Source of the DNA: a virus
Taxonomy: Duplodnaviria > Caudoviricetes
Reading direction: 5' to 3' (one strand)
DNA: 40,943 nt
IMG/VR virus record: IMGVR_UViG_3300044259_000093
Coordinates: 1 to 40,943 of that record
In this document: positions 23,083-32,415 of the stretch, piece after piece
How positions within the stretch are numbered: position 1 is the stretch's first letter
Layout of the letters: the number at the start of each line of letters is the position of its first letter
Translations under genes and position numbers: made by a program
Notes under the pieces: model-generated
What the model saw: only the letters and a program-made list of their open reading frames with translations
What the model was told of the DNA's origin: nothing
Database searches by the model: none

Positions 23083-24639
23083 TCATAGCATGTAGCGAAT
23101 TTTGCATACGCCATCGCGCCCGGCGCTGCCCACCGTGGACGGCGTGGCGGAACTTCCGCTCAATGTGTCGCGGCTGCTGGAACCGCCGGAGCCGAAACCG
23201 GTGGCGCTGTAGGTGCTGTCAGCGGTGCCGTGCGGTGGCGCGCCCAGGCCCATCATGCCGTCGGCCCCCCGGCCGGCGCGGCGCAGCTCTACCACGGCGC
23301 CGCTGACGTACGCCGCTCCTATGAGGCAGGAGCCATCACCGCGCACCCCGTTGATATTCACGTCGCCGCCAGTTGCAACAGCACCGGTGTCTGTGCCGCC
23401 CCCGCAGGTTACCGTAGTGAAGCCGGAAAGGGTGAAAGAAGACGCCCCGCCATCGTTGCGAGTGCCGACAGTAGTGGCCGCGCCGCCAGAACCGACAGCC
23501 ACGGTTGCCGTGGCGCCTATCGTAGCGCCGCTGTACCGCTTCCTGGCGTAGGCGCCGCAGGCCCCGCCGTAATCACCGGAGCTTTTTCCGTTCTGGCCAC
23601 CGCCGCATATCTCGATCTCGAAGTCGGAGGCGGCGACTGTCCACGGCTGGCCAATGGTCAGAACAACCTCCACCGGCACCGTGCCCGCGGTGGCCTTGCC
23701 GTTGCGGCGGCGCACGTTGAGGTGGAACGAGGTTGTGCTCTCCGCGATGATGTCCACCCGGTCGCCCGCGGCGAGTGTGTAGGTAGCGCCGCTGGTAACG
23801 CCGTCTATCAGCACGTTGGCGCCAGCCTGGATAGGGGTTGCGGCCGCCGCAATCAGCGTGCGCCGCGCGCCGGCCTGCGGTGCGGGGGCGATTCCGGTAA
23901 CAAGTACGGTGCCGGTAAGCACCATAGTGTTGCCACCGGTGGCCCATGGATCGATGGTCGCAGCGCTGGCGAGGTTGCTGCCCAGTTTCTCGTCCAGCGC
24001 GCCGGACAACTGGCCGCCGGATATGCCGCCGCTCGGCCCGCGCGCGCCGGCTGGCGCCAGCACCCAGTCGTTATAAGTACCGGTCCCCTCGAACGAGGTG
24101 ACGGTGGTCGTGAGCGTGGTCCCGCTGTAGCTGTCCACCGACATGAACATGCGGGCCGTGGGCGTCGACGCGCTGCTGGCTGCGAGCAACTGGCCGGGGA
24201 TAAACTGCTTGCCAGCCTGCGTGCTGAAAACGCGCGCACCGGTGCCGAGGGTGAGAGACGTGCTGCTGGTGGCTGTCACCGCAGCGGCGGCGCTGGCGGC
24301 GGCCGTGGCGCTCGCGGCGGCAGCGGTGGCACTCGCGGCGGCCGCGTCCCGGTAACCCTGCGCCGTATCGCGGTAGCCCTGCGCCGCGTCGCGCGCGTTT
24401 TCAGCCGCGGTCTGCGCTGCCTGCGCCGCGTTCTTATGCCCGAGCGCGTCGGCGGCGCTGGCGTAGGCGTCCAGGGCGTTGGCGTAGGCGTTGGCGATCA
24501 TCGCCGCCAGCTGGGTCAGGATGACAGTGGAGAACCACGTCACCCAAGCGTCAACGCGGTTGGAGAACGTGGCGCGGTCGCCGCGCTGCGGCAGATCCGC
24601 CGGCGGCGGGGTGTATCCTGGGGGTGGAGTAGCGGCCAT
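23083..24639 (-). CDS. tail fibre / receptor-binding protein
   Basis: N-terminal P.RGD..TF....DAW anchor; Ala-rich coiled coil; Gly-rich C-terminal domain (GGG..G, YGGACGAY, G.GRDG). Confidence 0.8.
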   Translation of the reverse strand: MAATPPPGYTPPPADLPQRGDRATFSNRVDAWVTWFSTVILTQLAAMIANAYANALDAYASAADALGHKNAAQAAQTAAENARDAAQGYRDTAQGYRDAAAASATAAAASATAAASAAAAVTATSSTSLTLGTGARVFSTQAGKQFIPGQLLAASSASTPTARMFMSVDSYSGTTLTTTVTSFEGTGTYNDWVLAPAGARGPSGGISGGQLSGALDEKLGSNLASAATIDPWATGGNTMVLTGTVLVTGIAPAPQAGARRTLIAAAATPIQAGANVLIDGVTSGATYTLAAGDRVDIIAESTTSFHLNVRRRNGKATAGTVPVEVVLTIGQPWTVAASDFEIEICGGGQNGKSSGDYGGACGAYARKRYSGATIGATATVAVGSGGAATTVGTRNDGGASSFTLSGFTTVTCGGGTDTGAVATGGDVNINGVRGDGSCLIGAAYVSGAVVELRRAGRGADGMMGLGAPPHGTADSTYSATGFGSGGSSSRDTLSGSSATPSTVGSAGRDGVCKIRYML

Positions 24640-25601
24640 TAAATCAGCCCTTTCACAGTAATGTTGATCGTCGGCATGCCAAAATCGTCGTATTGCTGGC
24701 GCGCGCTCACAAGGCCGAACACCGTCAACGCTTCGTACATCGAGACGGTGCTGCCCACCACCACCACGGGCGTGCCGAGCACCTGCTTGACGGTGTCCAG
24801 TACGGAATTTGCGTCTTCAATATCCATTTTAGCGCTGATCGACAGCCCTGTGGCATTATTGCGCTTCTTGACCGTCGTATTACCGAACGCATCCGTGCTG
24901 ATATAGCTGTAGTCCACGGGTTCCACCGATGCGCCGCGCAGCGGGGCGCCCATGGGGCGCAAGTCGCCGATGGCCAGCATGCCCACTTTCACGTTGCCGC
25001 TGCCCTTCGTCAGCGTGAGCGTCATTTCGGCGTTGTTGTAGGGATCAATGCCGCTGGCGATGAACTGGGTTTGTGGTTTGAACGGCTCGAAGAAATACTC
25101 GTAGTAGTCGGCCGGCGCAGAACCCTCCAGTGGCCCGCCGTATTCGTAGATCACATTGCCGCCTGGGGCATCCTTCACCACCACATGGATGGTGTCCGCG
25201 TCCAGGCCGAACAGCGCAAAGCCATTGAAATACCCCGGTTTCAGCACCTGGACAAAGGGCGATGCCGTCGCCGTCTGCGTCGACACCAGGCCGTCGAACA
25301 TGGCGTATTTGTTGGTTGGCGCGGCGTCTATCCAATAGGTGGCGACGCCGGCCGCGTCGAACTGGTTGGCCGGCAGTGACGGGTCCTTGCCGACGTTGCC
25401 GGTTTTGCCGGTGGACTCGTAGACGCGCTGCGTTGAGGCCAGGTAGACCCGCTGCCCCGCCGCGCTGTAGTCCGTGCCGGCCAGCCACAGCGGGTTCGTG
25501 TCGTCCGGCACGGCGACGCCGTTCGCCGTCATGGACGTGATCATGCCCGCCGTTATTGCGGTCGGCGCCAGGATGCTACATACGTCGTCTGCGTCTATCA
25601 T
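24639..25601 (-). CDS. tail tip / distal tail-like protein with CBM-like insert
   Basis: Follows the tape measure gene; W..GTDY...RVY..., PTNKYAMFD, DYS....DAFGN. Confidence 0.75.
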   Translation of the reverse strand: MIDADDVCSILAPTAITAGMITSMTANGVAVPDDTNPLWLAGTDYSAAGQRVYLASTQRVYESTGKTGNVGKDPSLPANQFDAAGVATYWIDAAPTNKYAMFDGLVSTQTATASPFVQVLKPGYFNGFALFGLDADTIHVVVKDAPGGNVIYEYGGPLEGSAPADYYEYFFEPFKPQTQFIASGIDPYNNAEMTLTLTKGSGNVKVGMLAIGDLRPMGAPLRGASVEPVDYSYISTDAFGNTTVKKRNNATGLSISAKMDIEDANSVLDTVKQVLGTPVVVVGSTVSMYEALTVFGLVSARQQYDDFGMPTINITVKGLI

Positions 25602-28600
25602 ACGTTTTCCGTTATGAGGGCGTTGCCACCGGCCGACACGGTATCGAACTGCTGCGCCAGTTGCTGCGTCGCGTTCGCCGTGCGGGCCATTGAGGTCTGC
25701 ATGCTGGCCATCTGCGCCGTGAGATCCGCCACGGCGGCCGCTACCGCGTCGCTGGATGTCGAGGATGTGGAGTAATTCGCGTTGGTCTGCCACGAGGTGC
25801 CCTTGGCGGCCAGCTCAGCCTGCGCGCCCTGCACGAAATTGGCGTAATCGCCCGCATCGATGGAGCTGCCGAAGACGTTGGCCCAGTACGCATAGCCGGC
25901 GGCGTCCGGCGCGCGGCCGAGCACCGACTGGTAAAGGCCCTCTATCGTCAAGCCGGTGCCGGTCGGGTTGCTGGTGGTGGCGCCCTGTTTCAGCGCCTGG
26001 ATAGCGGCCGCCACCGTGGCTATGCCGGCATTCACCGACAGCAGCTCGTTATAGCTACCGAGGGCGATGTTCGACATCATCTTGTTGTAAGCCAGCACCG
26101 CGTCCAGGCGCTCCAACTGCGCGTTGTACGCGGCGGTAGTGCTGTCCTTGAGCGATTGCAGCGCCGCCAGCTGCCGCTCCTGCGTGGTCAGTTGCTTGTC
26201 GGTTACGCCGCCCAGTTCCGCGATATCAGAGTTGGTGCGGGCCACCGCGCGCTGGTATTCCAGCAGACTGCCGAACTGGTCCGCGCTCACTTTCGACACC
26301 GTGCTCAGCGCCGCGCTCAGCGAGTCGGCGCTGGGCAGCACCCCCGTGCGCTTGGCATCGGCGAGGGCCTGCGCGATTTGCGCCCGCGCGGCCAGTTGCG
26401 ACGCCGTGGTGGCGCCCGGCGTGCTCGTGGACACAATACCGCTTTTCAGCGCGTCCGCCAGCGCCTTGGTGGCGTCGATGCTGGTGCCAAGCGAGGTTAT
26501 CGTGGCCTCGATGCCGCTGATGGTTTCCTCGTAGGCCTTGGCCAGCACGTCTTTTTGCGCGGACACCGCTTCTTCCAGCCGGCTAAACGCAGCCTCTACG
26601 CCTGCGCGCAGCGCCGTCTCGTTGTCCGCAAGCTGCTTGGCGACGGCAGCGGCCTGCGCGGCGGCCAGATCCTCGGCGGCTTTCTGCGCGGCGGCAGCGG
26701 CGTCTGCCACCTGCTTGAACGCCGGGGCCATGGCCAGCACCTGGGCGAACAGCTTGGCGCCGGCCTCGGTAGTGGTGTCGATGCCGAGGGCGAACTGCTT
26801 GTATTGGTCGATGGTGGCCAGGGTGGACTGGCCGATGGACGCCAGGAAGCTGGAAACCTGCGACTGCACCGGGGCCAGTTGCTCGGCTGCGGTGAGGAAA
26901 TTCTGCTGGAAGTATGCCACCGAGCTGCCGAGCGCATCGACCCCGCCGGCGGCCGTAATCAGCGCCTCGCGCGCGGTGATGCTGGCCACACCAACGGCGC
27001 CGAACGACTTGCCGATAGCGGCCAGCGCGGTATCCACCGCGGCGTAGTCCGTGGCCACGCGCTGCAGGGTGGTGCTCAGCGTCTCGCCCTCCTGCTGGAA
27101 CTTGGCCAGGTTCGGCACCAGCTCGGTGGCGATAGTATCGCTTACGCCGGAGAAGAACTTGGTAATGGCTTCCTGCTGCGCCGTGGCGTCGGTCAGGCCG
27201 GTAAGATCGATGTTGAGCTGCTGCACGCGGGTGGACAGCGCGCTGGTGTCCGCGCCGAGCGTATCGCCCAACGTTTTCGACAGGTCCAGGATAGCCTTGT
27301 AGGTGCTGGCGAACGCGGCCGTTTGCGCGGCGTCCAGCGCGCTGGTGTCCGTCCCGCTCTTGTCGCTGCGGAACCAGCCGCCCTTTTGCGTCCAGGTCTG
27401 CACCGTGCTGGCCGTGGCGCCGGTCGGCGTCAGCACGCCCTGCAGGCTGGTGCTGGTGACGTTCTTGGCCCCCATGCCGAAGGCTTTGGACCACAATGTA
27501 GACGCGCCCAGCAGACCGACCACTATCGGCGCGATAGCGCCCGCCAGCACGCCGGCACCAGCGATGCCGCCGGCCACCGTGCCGGTGCCCAGCAAAGAGG
27601 TGCCCGCCGTCAGCGCGCCGCTCAGCGTGGTGGAGCCGGTCAGCCAGCCCGCGCCGCCCGCCAGCGCGCCGCCAAGACCGCTTACGGCCGAGGCAATGCC
27701 CGCCAGGCTGCCCGCGGTGCCCAGCAGGCTGCCGCCCGCCGTCTGCGCGGCTGCACCGGCAATGCCGGACACCGCGCTGGTACCGCCCGCGCTGAACCCA
27801 ATGTCGATGATCCATTTCTTAAGGGTCATCTGGTACAACCACTCGAAGAACAGATTTTTAGCCGTGTCCTTCATGCGCGTCCATAGGTCCTTACTGCCGT
27901 TCTGGATGGACAGGAAAGTTTGGTGCGCGGCGTCTTCCAGGTCCGTCCAGAACTGGGTGTCGCCTTTCATCTTGGTCAGCTGCTTCTGCAGCGTGATCTG
28001 GTTCTGCGTTTCCTCCAGCAAGCCCTCCAGCCGGCCGCGCTCGATCGCGTCCAGGTTCTCGTTCTGCAACTGGCGCGCCATTTCTGCGGCTTTCAGGGAA
28101 AGCACGGCCTCTTCGGTCAGCCCGTAGAACTTGACTTGATCTTCCAGCGCGCGGGTCTGCTGCTCGGCCGCCTTCACCTGCTGGTTGGCGTCCTGGATCA
28201 GCGCGCTACGCGCCTCGCGCTCGGCTTTAAGCTGCGCGTTGTACTTGCCCGCCAATACGATTGCATCGGCGTATCCTCGGATATCTTCTTTCTGCTGGTT
28301 GCTCAGCGTCTTGCCGGCGCGGGCCAGATCGCCAAGGATCTCCACCCGCTTTTTCTCTTCCGTGGTCAGATCGGTGACGCCATCGCGCTCCAGCTCGAAC
28401 TGCTTAAGGGTGTCCTGGATACCTTCCACAGTTTTCTTGTAGAAGTCCAGCGCGGCCTGCGTTGCGACCTTCTGACCGTCCGTCACCACCCTGTAGCGGG
28501 CCAGCTTGTCGGTGGTGTCCTTGGCCTCTTCGGCTTCCACCTTCTTGCGGGTTTCCGACGCATTCAGGATCGCGGCGGTGCGCTCGTCGATGTCCTTGCG

Positions 28601-29620
28601 CGCAGCCGCAGCCTCTTCCTTCATCATGCGGCCGATGGCAGCAGCGCCGGCGAAATCGCCCTTGAGCACGGATACCGCCTGTGCGGCCAGGCCGCCCAGT
28701 TCCTTACCGGTCTGCTCCAGTACGTACCAAACGTTAGCCCCGAGCACCGCGACCGTCTCAAACACGGTGGTGAGCGCCTTGCTGACTGTGGAAACGCTGC
28801 TCAGGTTGTCACCCGCCTTGGCGGCTTCCCCCGCCACCGCCTTGGTGATGTACTGCAAGTTGGTCAGCGCATCGGTAAGCCCGAGCACCGCCGTTTGCGT
28901 GGCGTCGCCAAAGCCGCTTTGCGAGAACGTGCGCATGGTGGCCTGCCACGTATCGGCAAGGTTTGAGATAGCGCCATCCAGCGTTTTGGCTTGCAGCTCC
29001 ATGCCGCCGGCAAATTTGGTTTCCCCCAGGTTGAGCAGGTATTTTTCGATTTCGGTGGCGTTGTTGCCTATGGTTTTCGTGACGCCTTGGAACGTCAGCC
29101 GCACGGTGTCGCCGTTCTGCTGCGCCTTGATGCCGAATTCTTTCAGGCGCTCAAATTCGCCTGTCGTGGCGTCGGCCACGGCCTCCACCATCTGGTTCAG
29201 ATCCTTGCCCATGGCGCCGGCGGTGTTGCCATAGGACTTGAGGGCACGTTCGGATGGCGTCAGGCCCAGGTTGCGCAGTTTGAGGAATGCTTCCGTGACC
29301 TGCTTGAGGTCATATGGGGTTGTAGCGGCGAATTTCTGGAGCGCGGCGAATGCCTGCTTGGCGTTGCTGGTGGACCCGGTGGCGGTGATCAACGCGGAGT
29401 TGAGCTTGTCGAACTCCCGCTGTGCCTCCAGCATCTGCTTTGTGATTTCGGACAGGCCCAGGCCGACGCCCAGGCCGGCCAGCAGCCCCTTGAATTTGTC
29501 GACGGCCTTGGACATGCCGTCGACAGCCGTTTCCACCGTGCGGCGGGCGCCGGCCATGTCGGTTTGCAGCCGGGCGAGGTTGGCGAAAAGCCGGATTTCT
29601 ACATCACTTACGATGGCCAT
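25598..29620 (-). CDS. tape measure protein (1340 aa)
   Basis: FAATTPYDL..VT.AF tape-measure domain; GEFERLKEFGI; long Ala-rich helical sequence; C-terminal DUF4214-like segment. Confidence 0.92.
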   Translation of the reverse strand: MAIVSDVEIRLFANLARLQTDMAGARRTVETAVDGMSKAVDKFKGLLAGLGVGLGLSEITKQMLEAQREFDKLNSALITATGSTSNAKQAFAALQKFAATTPYDLKQVTEAFLKLRNLGLTPSERALKSYGNTAGAMGKDLNQMVEAVADATTGEFERLKEFGIKAQQNGDTVRLTFQGVTKTIGNNATEIEKYLLNLGETKFAGGMELQAKTLDGAISNLADTWQATMRTFSQSGFGDATQTAVLGLTDALTNLQYITKAVAGEAAKAGDNLSSVSTVSKALTTVFETVAVLGANVWYVLEQTGKELGGLAAQAVSVLKGDFAGAAAIGRMMKEEAAAARKDIDERTAAILNASETRKKVEAEEAKDTTDKLARYRVVTDGQKVATQAALDFYKKTVEGIQDTLKQFELERDGVTDLTTEEKKRVEILGDLARAGKTLSNQQKEDIRGYADAIVLAGKYNAQLKAEREARSALIQDANQQVKAAEQQTRALEDQVKFYGLTEEAVLSLKAAEMARQLQNENLDAIERGRLEGLLEETQNQITLQKQLTKMKGDTQFWTDLEDAAHQTFLSIQNGSKDLWTRMKDTAKNLFFEWLYQMTLKKWIIDIGFSAGGTSAVSGIAGAAAQTAGGSLLGTAGSLAGIASAVSGLGGALAGGAGWLTGSTTLSGALTAGTSLLGTGTVAGGIAGAGVLAGAIAPIVVGLLGASTLWSKAFGMGAKNVTSTSLQGVLTPTGATASTVQTWTQKGGWFRSDKSGTDTSALDAAQTAAFASTYKAILDLSKTLGDTLGADTSALSTRVQQLNIDLTGLTDATAQQEAITKFFSGVSDTIATELVPNLAKFQQEGETLSTTLQRVATDYAAVDTALAAIGKSFGAVGVASITAREALITAAGGVDALGSSVAYFQQNFLTAAEQLAPVQSQVSSFLASIGQSTLATIDQYKQFALGIDTTTEAGAKLFAQVLAMAPAFKQVADAAAAAQKAAEDLAAAQAAAVAKQLADNETALRAGVEAAFSRLEEAVSAQKDVLAKAYEETISGIEATITSLGTSIDATKALADALKSGIVSTSTPGATTASQLAARAQIAQALADAKRTGVLPSADSLSAALSTVSKVSADQFGSLLEYQRAVARTNSDIAELGGVTDKQLTTQERQLAALQSLKDSTTAAYNAQLERLDAVLAYNKMMSNIALGSYNELLSVNAGIATVAAAIQALKQGATTSNPTGTGLTIEGLYQSVLGRAPDAAGYAYWANVFGSSIDAGDYANFVQGAQAELAAKGTSWQTNANYSTSSTSSDAVAAAVADLTAQMASMQTSMARTANATQQLAQQFDTVSAGGNALITENV

Positions 29621-30071
29621 TTCGCGCTTTCTCCCTTTCCTTGCGCCGGTTCTCCCGGTCAAGTGTCTGCTCTTGCTTATCCAGCGCGCGCTCGGCGAGC
29701 TGGTTACGCACCCATTGCCACATTTTAACAGCGCCGTCCCATGGGGGCAACGCGTCATATCCGCTGGCGCGGTGCTGCTCGGTGGCGTATTCGCGGGAGA
29801 GCCGCACAAACAACCTGGCCTGCCACGGCTTCCACCGAATCCCCAGCACCTTGCCCCAGTCCAGCACATCGCTGGGTGTTACCGGGCCGTCCTTGCCCAC
29901 CGGGCCGAACTCAAAAAACCAGTTAAGCAGGTACTGGCCCCCAGGCACGTCCGGCATGATCACCCGGCCCAGCACCGAATCGATATCTTCGCGGCGCGAA
30001 CGCTGTTTTACGGGCTGGGCCTTGCTGCCGGGCGCGGCCGGCTTTTCAGGCGTGGCGTTCAGCCACGCCAC
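29604..30071 (-). CDS. tail assembly chaperone, gpT-like part (reached by -1 frameshift)
   Basis: In the -1 frame of the upstream chaperone and open from the slippery site. Confidence 0.75.
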   Translation of the reverse strand: MAWLNATPEKPAAPGSKAQPVKQRSRREDIDSVLGRVIMPDVPGGQYLLNWFFEFGPVGKDGPVTPSDVLDWGKVLGIRWKPWQARLFVRLSREYATEQHRASGYDALPPWDGAVKMWQWVRNQLAERALDKQEQTLDRENRRKEREKARNGHRK

Positions 30072-30076
30072 ATACT

Positions 30077-30505
30077 TTACGCACTCGGCGAGGTCGTCGC
30101 CGAGTCGGGCGAGAAATTTCCCCAGTCAGCCAGGAACTTGTCTGCCTCGGCGACGATGAAACCCAGTTTCGGATCGCGGTAGAACGCCTTGTAGCCTTCA
30201 AAGCCGGCCCGGTCGCTGTACTGGAAGCCGTTGAACGAAATGGTGATGTTGGCGAAGAACTCGGCGCGGTCTTCCAGATCCTTCTTGTAATCGCGCTTGT
30301 TGGTCTTGCCGGAGAACAGCGCGGCGGCGGCGGTGTTCTTCTTTTCGTCGTAATTGTGCTTGGCCTGCAGATACTGCGCAGTGCCGGGGCTTGCAAAGGT
30401 GATGCTTATCTCTTTGCCATCGGCGCCGATCTGCGGGGTGCCTTTGGCATTGCATACGATGAAATCGGCGGTGTCTTGCACGGCCAGGTTTTTGATGTCG
30501 AACAT
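30077..30505 (-). CDS. tail assembly chaperone, gpG-like
   Basis: Between tail tube and tape measure genes; ends in the slippery sequence. Confidence 0.85.
   Translation of the reverse strand: MFDIKNLAVQDTADFIVCNAKGTPQIGADGKEISITFASPGTAQYLQAKHNYDEKKNTAAAALFSGKTNKRDYKKDLEDRAEFFANITISFNGFQYSDRAGFEGYKAFYRDPKLGFIVAEADKFLADWGNFSPDSATTSPSA
30083..30122 (-). other. programmed -1 frameshift signal
   Basis: G GGA AAT (30116-30122) overlapping A AAT TTC; 9-bp hairpin ACTCGGCGA/TCGCCGAGT at 30083-30105. Confidence 0.8.
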
Positions 30506-30622
30506 TTAATTCCCTTTCGAGAGGTAGATTGGGGCACCTCGGCGCGCCGCCGCCCTCTCGAAAGGTTGTCACGGCGGCGCGCTTTGGTGCTCGGTAAGCC
30601 CGTCCGAGCGCGGGCGGTTTTC

Positions 30623-31114
30623 TTACGGAGTGTTGTCCGGTACGACAGGGGTAGCGGACTTGATCGCCTCGGTCTGGAACAGCAGGCTGGTGCTGTAGGT
30701 CAGGTTGTCGTTGCTGCCGCCGCCGGATTCGGTCATGTTCATCACCTGGGCGGTCCAGTACAGCACGGCGCCGGATTGGCGAACGGCGGCGAAGCTGGCG
30801 ATGCTGCGGTCTTGCATGGTGGCGCGAGCGGTTTCGTAGAAACCGTCTTCGCCGTCGTCCAAAATCACCCATTCCGACGTTGGCAACTTGTAGTTGCCCA
30901 GTTTGGTGCGGACCAGGCCCTGGCTAACCACGTCCAGCTCAGAGGTGTTGTATTCGCGGCCCTCGATGACGCCCACCTGGGCGACGGTGGCTTCTTTCAC
31001 CGCAGCGTTGGCGAAGTAGGTCTCGAAGGCGGTCTCGGTGTTGTCGGCGGGGCGACCGGTGCGCATGAACAGCCGGGTGCCGGCGATAGTTTCAAAGTCT
31101 GCTGGGAACGGCAT
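30623..31114 (-). CDS. major tail tube protein
   Basis: Position; ETIAGT.L, G..EG, RTKLG, WTAQVM; AGGAG SD. Confidence 0.75.
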   Translation of the reverse strand: MPFPADFETIAGTRLFMRTGRPADNTETAFETYFANAAVKEATVAQVGVIEGREYNTSELDVVSQGLVRTKLGNYKLPTSEWVILDDGEDGFYETARATMQDRSIASFAAVRQSGAVLYWTAQVMNMTESGGGSNDNLTYSTSLLFQTEAIKSATPVVPDNTP

Positions 31115-31170
31115 GGTTTTCTCCTGATAAAAACCCGCTCGCAGCGGGCGGGTTAATGCGTTTCCGCATT

Positions 31171-31578
31171 CTAGCTTGGTTCAACGAAAGTTACCATAAA
31201 ATCGAGGGATTGCTCATAAATTCCGTCGTTTTGCGGCGGAATATCCGGGCCGACGCCGGCCGGCAGCACCGAGCAGACGCGATAGCTCAGCACGGTGCCG
31301 GTCTTCACACCCGGGCCGAGGCCGCAGGCCTTGAGGATGCGCTTCTGCTCGGCGTAGGACGTGGCCAGCACCGTCACCTGGACGCGCTCTTTCTGTGCGC
31401 GCAGGGCGCCCGGCCGCGCCACCGTCTCGAACTCGTAGCCGCTGATCTGCGTGACGCTGACGGCGGGTTTGGTCATGCCTTCGGGCGCCGCGCCGGCGAC
31501 GATGCGACTGGCCGGCACGAGCGCTGTCAGCGGCGCCCAGTTCGCCAGCATCTGGCGCACGATGGCTACGCCACTCAT
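31171..31578 (-). CDS. tail terminator/completion protein (DUF3168-like)
   Basis: LV..RI...AP.G...PA...QISG; RVQV; SLDF.V. Confidence 0.75.
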   Translation of the reverse strand: MSGVAIVRQMLANWAPLTALVPASRIVAGAAPEGMTKPAVSVTQISGYEFETVARPGALRAQKERVQVTVLATSYAEQKRILKACGLGPGVKTGTVLSYRVCSVLPAGVGPDIPPQNDGIYEQSLDFMVTFVEPS

Positions 31579-32078
31579 GCTTCGGCCTCGCCGGCGGGCA
31601 CGGGGTCGGGCACGTTGATGCCTTGCTTGGTCAAGCGCTGCCGCACGCGGGCGGTAACGGCCGCCAGCGCAGCGGGCAGCTGGTGGTCGACGGCTGGCCG
31701 GATGAACGGACGGCCAACAATGCCGGGGTGCTTCACCTTCTTCACTTCCGTGCCGTTGACGTTGAGCGCACTGCCGGGCTTCGCCGTGATGACGTGCGGC
31801 CGGGTGCCGAACTCGATCAGGTGCGCGTACCAGGCGATGCTATTGCCCACCTTGACGCTGGCGGATACCTGGCCCTTGCGCGCGCGGGTGCTGATGCGCA
31901 CGCTATCGCGCAGCGCCCCGGTGGCCACCGGTGCATTGCGCTTCACCTCTTCGCGCAGCACCGCCGCGCCGGCGCGCAGGGCACCGCGCATGATGTTCTT
32001 CTCCATTTTTACGGGGAGAGTTTGCAGCAGCTCGGCCAGTTCCCGGCCGCCGGCTATGTTCTGGTCACTGGTTGCCAT
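31575..32078 (-). CDS. HK97 gp10-like neck protein
   Basis: APVATGALRDS, WYAHLIEFGT, HPG...RPFIRPA. Confidence 0.88.
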   Translation of the reverse strand: MATSDQNIAGGRELAELLQTLPVKMEKNIMRGALRAGAAVLREEVKRNAPVATGALRDSVRISTRARKGQVSASVKVGNSIAWYAHLIEFGTRPHVITAKPGSALNVNGTEVKKVKHPGIVGRPFIRPAVDHQLPAALAAVTARVRQRLTKQGINVPDPVPAGEAEA

Positions 32079-32415
32079 CTGCGAATTCCTCCACCATAAA
32101 CTCGGTCCACTCGCGCCGGCCGATCTCCACGCCGTCGGTTTTCAACTGGTGGATGGTGTCCACCTCTTCGTGCAGGATGATCCGCATATCGGCGGTGATG
32201 CTGCGCATGTAACGGATGCGCACGCGCGAGGGGCTGGCGCTTTGCGTCGTCGCGTCGCCGAACGTTTCGGAGCGGCTGGGCAGCACGCCCAGCACCTGGG
32301 CCGGCACGCGGGCCGCCACGGTCTGCCAGGAAGCCGGCTGCGGGCCGTACTCGGGATCGTCCACCTGCTGCTTGCGCTGCAGCGTGATCCGTTGGTCGAG
32401 GTCGCCGCCGCGCAT
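32065..32415 (-). CDS. head closure (head-tail joining) protein
   Basis: MRGGDLDQRITLQ...W.TV...IRY...ITADMRI. Confidence 0.85.
   Translation of the reverse strand: MRGGDLDQRITLQRKQQVDDPEYGPQPASWQTVAARVPAQVLGVLPSRSETFGDATTQSASPSRVRIRYMRSITADMRIILHEEVDTIHQLKTDGVEIGRREWTEFMVEEFADGNQ

Noticed and set aside
22260-23114. Single 284-aa ORF from the track
   Set aside because: It is better explained by three genes (22873-23073, 22691-22831, 22260-22694), the first two with their own SD and the third coupled by an ATGA overlap.
23083-24639. Diversity-generating retroelement target in the tail fibre
   Set aside because: No reverse transcriptase and no template/variable repeat pair were seen.
23230-29728. 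Several long plus-strand ORFs (470, 576, 348 aa and others)
   Set aside because: They are antisense to the tape measure and fibre genes, low-complexity, and lack independent support.
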